Notes: generated by a model not told the origin, from the sequence alone. Numbered from the stretch's first letter, positions 7,987 to 15,505 are shown. The stretch: DNA of 33,264 nucleotides from an uncultured Chromatiaceae bacterium (GCA_964541975.1 CAZISL010000028.1:1-33264); one strand, 5' to 3'. A program made the numbers and translations.

Positions 7987-9276
7987 TCACAACCTGACTT
8001 CGTGCTTACCGGTCGGTTCGTCCGACTCCGCCTTCTCCATAGAGTCGTCCGGTATCACGATCGTCTCCCCGTGCTCACTCGGATGCAATTCGACTGGCAC
8101 CTTGGAGCCGGGTTCGTCTGTCTGGAAGGAAATGTCCAGCTGCCCGAGTGTGATCGTATCGCCGCTGCGCAGTAGGGCGCGTGAACGGCGTTTCCGATTG
8201 ACGAGAATCCCGTTCTTGCTGTTCAGGTCTTCGATGACGAAGATTCCCGAGATGCAATCGATCAGGGCATGCCGGCGGCTGACCTGCTTGTCCACGATGA
8301 CGAGATCGTTGGCGTTGCTGCGGCCAATAACGATCGGAAAGCTCGTAGATCTAACCTGTTCGACGAATTGACCTGCGCGGAATACCGTTAGGTTGATCGC
8401 CGTTGCAGATTGCTGCGCCGGGGTTTCGGGCGCTTTCTGCAGTGACTTCTCCTGGTCGCGGTCTTCGAACCACTGCCAGCGCAATTCCTGCACCACCGCG
8501 TCGATCGCCTCGATGGTGACTTTTTCCTGCTCCTCGACCATACATGACATCAGCGCCGTGTCGGCGAGCGTGTTGATCAGACGGGGGATGCCAAAGGACA
8601 GGCGGTGGATCTCCCTGATGGCTTCCGGTTCGAAAATCTTGTCCGCATCGCCGCCGGCGACGGAAAGGCGATGACGAACGTAGTCGAAAGTCTCGTCTTC
8701 GCTGAGGGCATCCAGCCGCTGACGCAGTCGCGACCGTTGGCGAAGCTGCGCCAATCCTGGTGAGTCCACGACGTCATCAAGGCCTCGCTGCCCGGTCAAT
8801 ACGATGGACACGATCTTGCGTTCGGCAGTATCGATGCACGATAGCAGGCGAAGCTCCTCCAGTGCTGGCGCACTCAGGTTCTGGGCTTCGTCTACGATGA
8901 TGACGACGTATTTGCCCTCTTTGTTCTTTTCGAGGAAGAACTCGCGCAGCGTGTCAAGCAGCAGTACTTTCTTCCTCGTGTAATTGGGCATTCCGAAAGC
9001 GGAGCAGAGTGCCTGCAGCAGTTCGATATGCGATAGCGTCGTGTGCGTCAGATTCGCGGTCACGTACTCGTCGCCCAGTTCATGCAGAACGGTATTCAGG
9101 ACGGTCGTCTTGCCGATGCCAATTTCACCGGTAATGATGACGAAGCTGTCGCGGTTCATCAGCGCGAACTTGATGTTCGCAACCGCTCTCGCATGCTGCG
9201 ACGTCATGAACAGGAAGCGCGGATCCGGCGAGAGATCGAAGGGGCGGCAATCCAGACCGAAATATTTCTCGTACAT
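7987..9276 (-). CDS. ExeA/GspA-like AAA ATPase (PEP-CTERM locus secretion-ATPase type) fused to a C-terminal FHA domain
   Basis: Walker A is GEIGIGKT and Walker B is VVIIVDEAQNL; the N-terminal MYEKYFGL..PF is typical of ExeA-like proteins. Residues about 293-384 (nt 8125-8400) carry the FHA signature: GR (IVIGRS), SRRHA and SKNGILVN. Confidence 0.85.
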   Translation of the reverse strand: MYEKYFGLDCRPFDLSPDPRFLFMTSQHARAVANIKFALMNRDSFVIITGEIGIGKTTVLNTVLHELGDEYVTANLTHTTLSHIELLQALCSAFGMPNYTRKKVLLLDTLREFFLEKNKEGKYVVIIVDEAQNLSAPALEELRLLSCIDTAERKIVSIVLTGQRGLDDVVDSPGLAQLRQRSRLRQRLDALSEDETFDYVRHRLSVAGGDADKIFEPEAIREIHRLSFGIPRLINTLADTALMSCMVEEQEKVTIEAIDAVVQELRWQWFEDRDQEKSLQKAPETPAQQSATAINLTVFRAGQFVEQVRSTSFPIVIGRSNANDLVIVDKQVSRRHALIDCISGIFVIEDLNSKNGILVNRKRRSRALLRSGDTITLGQLDISFQTDEPGSKVPVELHPSEHGETIVIPDDSMEKAESDEPTGKHEVRL

Positions 9277-9501
9277 TATTGTTTTTCTAGTTGTTTTGGT
9301 TGTATCCGTCGTTTCAGAGAGGCAGTCCGCGTCGACCGACCAGCGAGTTGTATATCGTATTATAGATCAATAGCGATTTCGCCTGACTGGTACCGCAATT
9401 ATGTCATACCTGCGGTTCCCGTAACTTCTCGTCGGCACGCGCCGGGGCGCTGGCCGGTCTATGCCCGATCGGGACGCTTGTGTATGATCGCGGCCCTGAT
9501 C

Positions 9502-9578
9502 GGGCGATTAGCTCAGTTGGTTAGAGCGCCGTCTTCACATGGCGGAAGTCGCTGGTTCGAATCCAGCATCGCCCACCA
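9502..9578 (+). tRNA. tRNA-Val (anticodon CAC), CCA encoded
   Basis: It folds by hand as a cloverleaf: acceptor GGGCGAT/ATCGCCC, D arm GCTC-AGTTGGTTA-GAGC, anticodon arm CCGTC-TTCACAT-GGCGG, T arm GCTGG-TTCGAAT-CCAGC, discriminator A, CCA. Length is 77 nt. Confidence 0.95.
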
Positions 9579-9602
9579 GTTCCCGAGACCGCGAGCCGAA
9601 TC

Positions 9603-10934
9603 CTACCAGCGCCAACCATCGCCGCGGTAGGTAATGCCGGCGGACAGAAAGTTATTGCGCACCGTCTGGCCGTCGGTGAGGTTGTCATCCTGGTCGTTAA
9701 ACGTGTAGGCGTATAGGCCATATACCGACCAGTGCCGCTTGAACCAGTAGTCCATCCTGATTCTGCCGCGAATATAGTCGCGCTCGAATTGACGATCGGT
9801 GTCGCCGACGTCGTTCTGGGTGAAGGCCACTACGCTAATGAGCGTCGAGAAACGTTCGGTGAAGTTCTTGCGCGCCAGGGCGTCGATGTTGAAACGCAGG
9901 ACCTCCGAGCCGTTCGAGTTCGGTGTAATCGACTGGCCGACAACGACCTTGTATTCGACGGTCTTGCCCTGTTTCGTCATCGTCACGTTGCCGATAAAGT
10001 TGCTCGAGTCGGATTTGAATTCACAGGGAAAAAACGGGATCAGTAGCGGCTCGCAGTAGGGTCCGCTAACGGGATCGAAATTGTTGGGCCGCGTGACTTC
10101 GTTCTTCGTTCGTGCCCACCCGAGGTCGGCGACCAATTGGGTCGTTTCCGACCAGGCGAACTCATAGACCAGGCTCAGGCTGTTGGTCTTGCTGTCGTTC
10201 GTCACGCGTAGATCGCGGTTCTCGGAATCGAATTTTGTCCATTGGGCGCGCAGACCGAGCTGGTGGCGGTAATTGAGCGAATGGTTCAGTGTCGCGGCGG
10301 CCGAACTATAGTCGTAGTCGTAGCGCCGGGAAACGATGTCTTCGTCGTACCTGACTTCCTCGTACCCGCCGTTCAACAGAAGGCTGTTCTTCTGTGATAA
10401 CTGGTATTGCCAGTACGGCTGGAAAAACCAACGGCGCTGCTTGTCGTTAAAGAAGATGCGTTGGTCGCCGGAGCCGCCCGAGGAAGAGTCACCGGCGTCC
10501 TGAAATTCACTCGTGCGCAGACTCAGGTCGGTGTAGCCGTAGCTGGCGCCGGTTCCGGAGCGCGGGCTCATCCAGCTCGCGGCGCCGGTCAGGTAGTTGT
10601 CGCGGTCCTCGAGGTCTTCTTCGTCGTCGTCAGGATAAAAGCTGTAGACGATGCGAGGCTGCAGCGACACCGAGGCCCGTTGCGTGCGCCATTCCAGCGG
10701 CAGTCGCACGTCGAAGATCGTCCCCAGTGCAGATTCCGGGTTGTCCTCACTTTGCAGATAGCGGGGATTGGTGTCGAAGCGTGCGCCGCCCTGAATGTAC
10801 GGTTTCAGGTTGAACTCGGCCGCCACGTCGACGGCTACTGACAATCCCGCCAGTACGACAAGTATTTGCAGTAAGCGACGGTATCTGTCTCCAGGCGCGC
10901 GGATTGCGCTGGTAATGGCCGGATCGTCTGACAT
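9603..10934 (-). CDS. Predicted outer-membrane beta-barrel protein, PEP-CTERM system-associated type
   Basis: 443 aa with a signal-like N-terminus (RYRRLLQILVVLAGLSVAVDVAAE). The composition is alternating and Tyr/Asp/Asn/Thr-rich, and the C-terminus ends in aromatic residues (...ITYRGDGWRW). It lies directly downstream of the export gene, as expected for the TIGR03016-type family (from memory). Confidence 0.7.
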   Translation of the reverse strand: MSDDPAITSAIRAPGDRYRRLLQILVVLAGLSVAVDVAAEFNLKPYIQGGARFDTNPRYLQSEDNPESALGTIFDVRLPLEWRTQRASVSLQPRIVYSFYPDDDEEDLEDRDNYLTGAASWMSPRSGTGASYGYTDLSLRTSEFQDAGDSSSGGSGDQRIFFNDKQRRWFFQPYWQYQLSQKNSLLLNGGYEEVRYDEDIVSRRYDYDYSSAAATLNHSLNYRHQLGLRAQWTKFDSENRDLRVTNDSKTNSLSLVYEFAWSETTQLVADLGWARTKNEVTRPNNFDPVSGPYCEPLLIPFFPCEFKSDSSNFIGNVTMTKQGKTVEYKVVVGQSITPNSNGSEVLRFNIDALARKNFTERFSTLISVVAFTQNDVGDTDRQFERDYIRGRIRMDYWFKRHWSVYGLYAYTFNDQDDNLTDGQTVRNNFLSAGITYRGDGWRW

Positions 10935-10961
10935 CGTAACTGTTGACTGCTTCGATCAGCC

Positions 10962-11561
10962 TCAGGGTACGACAACGACGTCGCCGGGTTGCAGCAGGAT
11001 GTTTTGTTCCAGGCGCTTGCCTTTCTCAATATCCTTGTAGTTGAACCGGATCGCGACAAGTTTGCCGTTGATGCGCCGCAGAACCTTGATGTCGCCCACT
11101 TGTGCGAAGGCGGTCATGCCGCCACCCATCGCCAATGCCTGCATCACGTCCATCTGACCGGCCGCGCGAAACTCGCCGGGCCGATTGACCTGGCCTAAAA
11201 CATAGACTTTATTGCCCCCCAGGTCCCGAGCCGAGACCGTCACGACCGGGTCGGGAATATATTTCGACAGTCCCTCGACCAGAGTCTGGCGAACCCGCTC
11301 GACTGACTTGCCTTCGGCCTGAATATCGCCGGTCAGCGGAAAAGAGAACGCGCCGTCCGGTCTGACGATGACTTCCTGCTGCAGGTCCTCTTCCTTCCAC
11401 ACCGAGACCAGGAGGATGTCGCCTGGGTTGATGGTATACGGAGGGCGTTCGGGGGCGTTCGCCCCAGGATCCTCCTGGGAGAATGCCGGGCTCTGAGTCA
11501 TTACCGCGCAAAGCGCCAGTGCAGCGGTCAGGCGTGAATAGCGGGTCGTCGAATTATTCAT
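10962..11561 (-). CDS. Polysaccharide export protein (Wza/Poly_export + SLBB), PEP-CTERM system-associated type
   Basis: YTINPGDILLVSVWKEEDL...VRPDGAFSFPLTGDIQAEGKS...VYVLGQVNRPGEF matches the Poly_export/SLBB layout. I chose the ATG at 11561 (MNNSTTRYSRLTAALALCAVMTQSPAFS). It gives a clean signal peptide and has GGAG 9 nt upstream. The ORF-track maximum start is 11612. Confidence 0.85.
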   Translation of the reverse strand: MNNSTTRYSRLTAALALCAVMTQSPAFSQEDPGANAPERPPYTINPGDILLVSVWKEEDLQQEVIVRPDGAFSFPLTGDIQAEGKSVERVRQTLVEGLSKYIPDPVVTVSARDLGGNKVYVLGQVNRPGEFRAAGQMDVMQALAMGGGMTAFAQVGDIKVLRRINGKLVAIRFNYKDIEKGKRLEQNILLQPGDVVVVP

Positions 11562-11595
11562 GTCCAGGCTCCGTCGTGCGGCCGGCTTCAAAATC

Positions 11596-11611
11596 GGCGG
11601 ATACCATGCCA
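11596..11611 (-). promoter_or_regulatory. Candidate sigma54 (-24/-12) promoter for the export/OMP operon
   Basis: The minus strand reads TGGCATG-GTAT-CCGCC. GG and GC have the canonical spacing (consensus TGGCACG-N4-TTGCW). The -12 C lies 35 nt before the 11561 ATG, giving a leader of about 24 nt that contains GGAG. The TT of the -12 box is replaced by CC, so the match is partial. Confidence 0.3.
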
Positions 11612-11688
11612 TGAAAACGGGCCGAGGGACACAATGGCGCGCACAGTTATGTAAATTTCCGCCAGGCGCTGGCTATCTGCGCGAGCGA

Positions 11689-12333
11689 TCAATCGAAGTA
11701 AGCGGCGGTCACGAAAAGCTGGTCTGCCTGGCCGATACGCCCGTGAAGCGCGCGAAATAGCGAATCAGGGAGATCCGCCGAGTGCGGCCGCGCTACGAAG
11801 CGGCTCGCGTCGAGGTCGAGTTCGACCCCGACCTCCAGAAAGTCCACGAAACGCTGCACCCGCGGCCAAATGCACTTGAACACGCTTTCCTTGGCGCTGA
11901 AGACCAGCTTCGCGAGCAAGAGGCCGAATTCGCTGGTCTCGATCACCGCCAGTTCGTGAGGAAGACAGATCATCGGCAGAAGGTTCCGGTCCAGTTCTTC
12001 CCGGGCCTCGAGGTCGAGGCCGATGCCGCCAACGTCGTTCCGGTGCGCGACCGCGGCGACCGCGGCGTCACCGCAGTGGGAAATACTGCCGACGATGCCG
12101 TCGGGCCAGACCGGCGCGCGTTGGGGCCCCGAAGGTATGGCGCAGTCGGCGTGGCCGAGGCCGGCGAGTGCCAGGCGCGCGCACGAGCGGCCGTGGATGA
12201 ACTCGCGTTGGCGGCCAGCCGTCATCGCGGCAAGCTGTTCACGTTCCGTGCCGAGCAGGTTGAAATCGTCCGGAAAGTCCGTCGACATGAAGCAACGCAC
12301 CTGCTCCGGGAACAGGCCTTCCAGGACTGTCAT
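11689..12333 (-). CDS. 4'-phosphopantetheinyl transferase (Sfp/EntD type)
   Basis: The PVWPDGIVGSISHCGD motif and the later FSAKESVFK are typical of EntD/Sfp-type PPTases. The start is either the ATG at 12333 (MTVLEG...) or the TTG at 12345 (ORF track). Neither has a clear SD. Confidence 0.8.
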   Translation of the reverse strand: MTVLEGLFPEQVRCFMSTDFPDDFNLLGTEREQLAAMTAGRQREFIHGRSCARLALAGLGHADCAIPSGPQRAPVWPDGIVGSISHCGDAAVAAVAHRNDVGGIGLDLEAREELDRNLLPMICLPHELAVIETSEFGLLLAKLVFSAKESVFKCIWPRVQRFVDFLEVGVELDLDASRFVARPHSADLPDSLFRALHGRIGQADQLFVTAAYFD

Positions 12334-12484
12334 GCGTGAGGTCAATTGCGCACACCGAGACTCAAAGGGTCGTGCCAGTGTGCCTGCCGAGTTTGCCGCG
12401 CGCCACTGCAGTCGCGGTGCATCGGCTACCAGGCATTGCGCGTTGGGTTAGAATCCGCCCTCCATTCGACCGACCCGCACGCCT

Positions 12485-13900
12485 ATGACGATCAAGACAC
12501 GATTCGCCCCGAGCCCGACCGGTTTCCTGCACATCGGTGGCGTCCGAACGGCTTTGTTCTGCTGGTTGTTCACCCGGCATCAGGGCGGTAAGTTCGTCCT
12601 GCGCGTCGAAGACACCGATCGCGAGCGATCAACGCAGGAGTCCATCGACGCGATCCTTCGCGGCATGGAGTGGGTAGGCCTCGATTGGGACGAAGGGCCT
12701 TATTTCCAGACCGATCGCTTCGATCGTTACCTCGAAGTCCGTGACTCCTTGCTGGAGAGTGGGCACGCCTACCATTGTTACTGCACGCCCGAGGAGCTCG
12801 AGGAGATGCGTGCGAGGCAGATCGCGGCGGGTGAGAATCCTCAATACGACGGACGTTGTCGGGATCGAACCGAGGCCCGCGAGGGCGTCGATCCCGTGGT
12901 GCGTTTCAAAACGCCGCGCGACGGCGAGGTCGTCATCGACGACGCCGTGCGTGGTCGCGTGGTCTTCGCCAACTCTGAATTGGATGACTTGATCATCGTC
13001 CGCAGCGACGGTGCGCCGACGTATCACTTCAGCGTCGTGATCGACGATGCCGATATGGATATCACGCACGTGATTCGCGGCGACGATCACCTGAACAACA
13101 CACCGCGGCAGATCAACATCATCGAGGCGCTGGGTTTCGATCGCCCGGCTTACGCGCATCTGCCGATGATTCTCGGTGAGGACGGGGCCCGGCTGTCGAA
13201 ACGGCACGGCGCGGTCAACGTTCTCGAGTATCAGGAGCAGGGTTATCTCCCTGACGCGCTGCTGAATTACCTGGTGCGCCTCGGCTGGTCGCATGGTGAT
13301 CAGGAAATTTTTTCTCGCGACGAAATGATCGAGCTGTTCAGGCTCGAAGACGTCAACGCCGCCGCGTCCCGATTCAGTCCGGAAAAACTGACCTGGCTGA
13401 ATCAGCAATACATCATCAAGTCACCGACCGAAGAGCTGGTTCCGGGCCTCACGGCGCAGTTCGAGGCGATCGGGCTCGATCCCGCGGCGGGCCCACCGCT
13501 GGAGGCCGTCATCGAGGGCTATCGAGAGCGCGCGGCGACCTTGCGGGAACTCGCCGCAAGTTGCGGCTATCTGTTTAGCGACTTCGATCAGTTCGACGCG
13601 AAGGCGGCCAAGAAGAATCTGCGCCCGGTTGTTGGGGCGGCGCTGGCCGACGTGCGCAAAGCGTTCGGCGCGCTCGATGCCTGGCGGGCGGCGGACATCC
13701 AGGATGCGATCCAGGTTGTCGCGGATCGCCACGAACTCGCATTCGGTAAACTCGGTCAACCGCTGCGGGTGACCGTGACCGGCGCCGGCGTATCGCCGCC
13801 AATCGACGTCACCATCGAATTGGTCGGCCGGGAGCGCACACTGGCACGGCTCGACATGGCGCTCGAATACATCGCGCAGCGCGCGGCGGCGGCGGGATAG
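12485..13900 (+). CDS. gltX: Glutamate--tRNA ligase
   Basis: 471 aa, with MTIKTRFAPSPTGFLHIGGVRTALF (HIGH motif) and RLSKRHG (KMSKS-type). The class I GluRS layout is present over the full length. Confidence 0.97.
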   Translation: MTIKTRFAPSPTGFLHIGGVRTALFCWLFTRHQGGKFVLRVEDTDRERSTQESIDAILRGMEWVGLDWDEGPYFQTDRFDRYLEVRDSLLESGHAYHCYCTPEELEEMRARQIAAGENPQYDGRCRDRTEAREGVDPVVRFKTPRDGEVVIDDAVRGRVVFANSELDDLIIVRSDGAPTYHFSVVIDDADMDITHVIRGDDHLNNTPRQINIIEALGFDRPAYAHLPMILGEDGARLSKRHGAVNVLEYQEQGYLPDALLNYLVRLGWSHGDQEIFSRDEMIELFRLEDVNAAASRFSPEKLTWLNQQYIIKSPTEELVPGLTAQFEAIGLDPAAGPPLEAVIEGYRERAATLRELAASCGYLFSDFDQFDAKAAKKNLRPVVGAALADVRKAFGALDAWRAADIQDAIQVVADRHELAFGKLGQPLRVTVTGAGVSPPIDVTIELVGRERTLARLDMALEYIAQRAAAAG

Positions 13901-13930
13901 GACAGATGCGGCCATTCGAGTAATATCCGC

Positions 13931-13959
13931 TTGACCGTATATATGGCGCGCCGTATATT
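13931..13959 (+). promoter_or_regulatory. Candidate sigma70 promoter of the ars operon with an overlapping tandem repeat (possible ArsR operator)
   Basis: TTGACC (13931-13936), 17-nt spacer, TATATT (13954-13959). CCGTATAT occurs twice (13935-13942 and 13951-13958), overlapping the -35 and -10 boxes. Only 8 nt without an SD separate the -10 from the arsR ATG at 13968. Confidence 0.55.
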
Positions 13960-13967
13960 CGGCAGCC

Positions 13968-14321
13968 ATGGATATCCAGTTCGCGTCATTCTTCCAGTTG
14001 CTGTCCGACGATACCCGGCTTCGCAGCCTGGCGTTGCTGGAGCGCGAGGGAGAGTTGTGCGTCTGCGAACTCGTGCACGCGCTCGGCGTAATCCAGCCCA
14101 AGATCTCACGGCACCTCGCGGCGTTGCGAGACGCGGGCATCGTGCTCGATCGACGCCAGGGGCAATGGGTCTATTACGCGATTAATCCCGAATTGCCCGA
14201 GTGGGCGAAACAGGTCATCGATGCCACGGTCGCAGAGGCGTCGAACCGAGAGACCTTCGCCAGCGACCTGTCCACATTAATCGACATGCCGAATCGGCCC
14301 AGCGCGAGTCGCTGCGCTTGA
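13968..14321 (+). CDS. arsR: ArsR/SmtB-family arsenic-responsive repressor
   Basis: 117 aa with the ELCVCEL metalloid-binding motif inside a winged-HTH (LSDDTRLRSLALL...ISRHLAALRDAGIV). It is followed by acr3 and arsC. Confidence 0.9.
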   Translation: MDIQFASFFQLLSDDTRLRSLALLEREGELCVCELVHALGVIQPKISRHLAALRDAGIVLDRRQGQWVYYAINPELPEWAKQVIDATVAEASNRETFASDLSTLIDMPNRPSASRCA

Positions 14322-14373
14322 GTTCCAAGCGCCCTTCAAGCCAGGCGCAATGTCCCGTAGGGAAGTAGGATCG

Positions 14374-15474
14374 ATGAAGACCAACAAGGATGGCATGAGC
14401 CTTTTCGAACGCTATCTGACCGTCTGGGTCGGGTTGTGCATCGTCGCTGGTATCGGTCTCGGGGAGCTGTTTCCCGGCGCGTTTCAGGTGGTCGGCCGAC
14501 TCGAGATTGCGCACATCAACCTGCCGGTGGCGGTGCTCATCTGGCTGATGATCATTCCGATGCTGCTGAAGATCGATCTGCGATCGCTGAAAGACGTTCG
14601 CAGTCACTGGCGTGGCGTCGGCGTCACGGTATTTGTGAACTGGGCCGTCAAGCCGTTCTCGATGGCGTTGCTGGCATGGCTGTTCATCGGGCAGCTGTTT
14701 CGCGGGTATCTTCCGGCCGAGCAGATCGACTCTTATATTGCCGGGCTCATTCTGCTCGCCGCCGCGCCATGCACCGCGATGGTGTTTGTGTGGAGCCATC
14801 TGATGCGGGGCGAACCACACTTCACGCTGTCCCAGGTCGCGCTGAACGACGTCATCATGGTCTTCGCTTTCGCGCCGATCGTCGGATTGCTGCTGGGGCT
14901 TTCCACGATCACGGTCCCGTGGGACACACTGTTCCTGTCGGTCGTGTTGTACATCGTCGTGCCGTTGGCAATCGCGACGCTATGGCGTCAGCACCTGCTA
15001 AGCCGCGCCGATGGCCGCGCCCGTCTCGACAGAGTGATACAGGCCGTGCAGCCGTTCTCGCTAATGGCGCTGCTCGCCACGCTGATTCTGCTGTTTGGCT
15101 TTCAGGGCAAACGAATCATTGCGGAGCCCCTGATCATCGCGCTATTGGCTGTGCCCATTCTGATCCAGGTGATTTTCAATTCTGGACTCGCTTACCTGTT
15201 GAACCGTCAGGTGCGATCGCCGCATTGCGTGGCCGGACCGTCCGCGCTGATCGGTGCCAGCAACTTTTTCGAACTGGCCGTCGCTACGGCCATTGCGTTG
15301 TTCGGCTTCGAGTCCGGCGCCGCTCTCGCGACCGTCGTCGGCGTGCTGATCGAGGTACCGGTCATGCTGTTGGCCGTTCGCGTCGTCAATCGAACCAGGG
15401 GCTGGTACGAACGTCGTGGCGGTATTGTGCCGTTCGAAGAGTGCTGTCCGGCTGACTTGCAGTCCAAGGCCTGA
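14374..15474 (+). CDS. acr3: Arsenite efflux permease, ACR3 family
   Basis: Polytopic membrane protein starting ...MSLFERYLTVWV and carrying the AAAPCTAMV motif typical of ACR3. The start is ambiguous: 14350, 14374 or 14395, all ATG. The 14374 start has GGAAGTAGGA just upstream. Confidence 0.88.
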   Translation: MKTNKDGMSLFERYLTVWVGLCIVAGIGLGELFPGAFQVVGRLEIAHINLPVAVLIWLMIIPMLLKIDLRSLKDVRSHWRGVGVTVFVNWAVKPFSMALLAWLFIGQLFRGYLPAEQIDSYIAGLILLAAAPCTAMVFVWSHLMRGEPHFTLSQVALNDVIMVFAFAPIVGLLLGLSTITVPWDTLFLSVVLYIVVPLAIATLWRQHLLSRADGRARLDRVIQAVQPFSLMALLATLILLFGFQGKRIIAEPLIIALLAVPILIQVIFNSGLAYLLNRQVRSPHCVAGPSALIGASNFFELAVATAIALFGFESGAALATVVGVLIEVPVMLLAVRVVNRTRGWYERRGGIVPFEECCPADLQSKA

Positions 15475-15505
15475 CGATCTGCTGGAAGCCCAGGGAGCTG
15501 GAAAA

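Noticed and set aside
9579-9602. tRNA-Val as the attachment site of an integrated island
   Set aside because: There is no integrase on either side. I could find no duplicated tRNA 3' segment by eye. The low-GC segment lies on the 5' side of the tRNA and does not start at it, since the adjacent ATPase gene has near-native GC.
9043-9630. 195-aa + strand ORF spanning the ATPase 5' end and the tRNA-Val gene
   Set aside because: It runs antisense to a well-supported CDS and straight through a tRNA gene. The protein is Arg-rich and low-complexity, so this is a GC-driven artefact.
12363-12377. Perfect sigma54 -24 box TGGCACG on the minus strand, 38-44 nt upstream of the PPTase ATG
   Set aside because: The -12 position reads TTTGA, with no GC dinucleotide at the required spacing. 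TGGCACG also occurs by chance elsewhere in the window (for example 16486 and 23181, inside coding sequence). I did not call it as a promoter, though it is worth scoring with a matrix.
11782-14140. Long antisense ORFs opposite the PPTase and gltX genes (11782-12339 +, 12629-13408 -, 13421-14140 -)
   Set aside because: They are Arg/Ala/Pro-rich translations with no motifs. Each lies fully opposite a gene with strong homology signatures, which is typical of open antisense frames in high-GC DNA.
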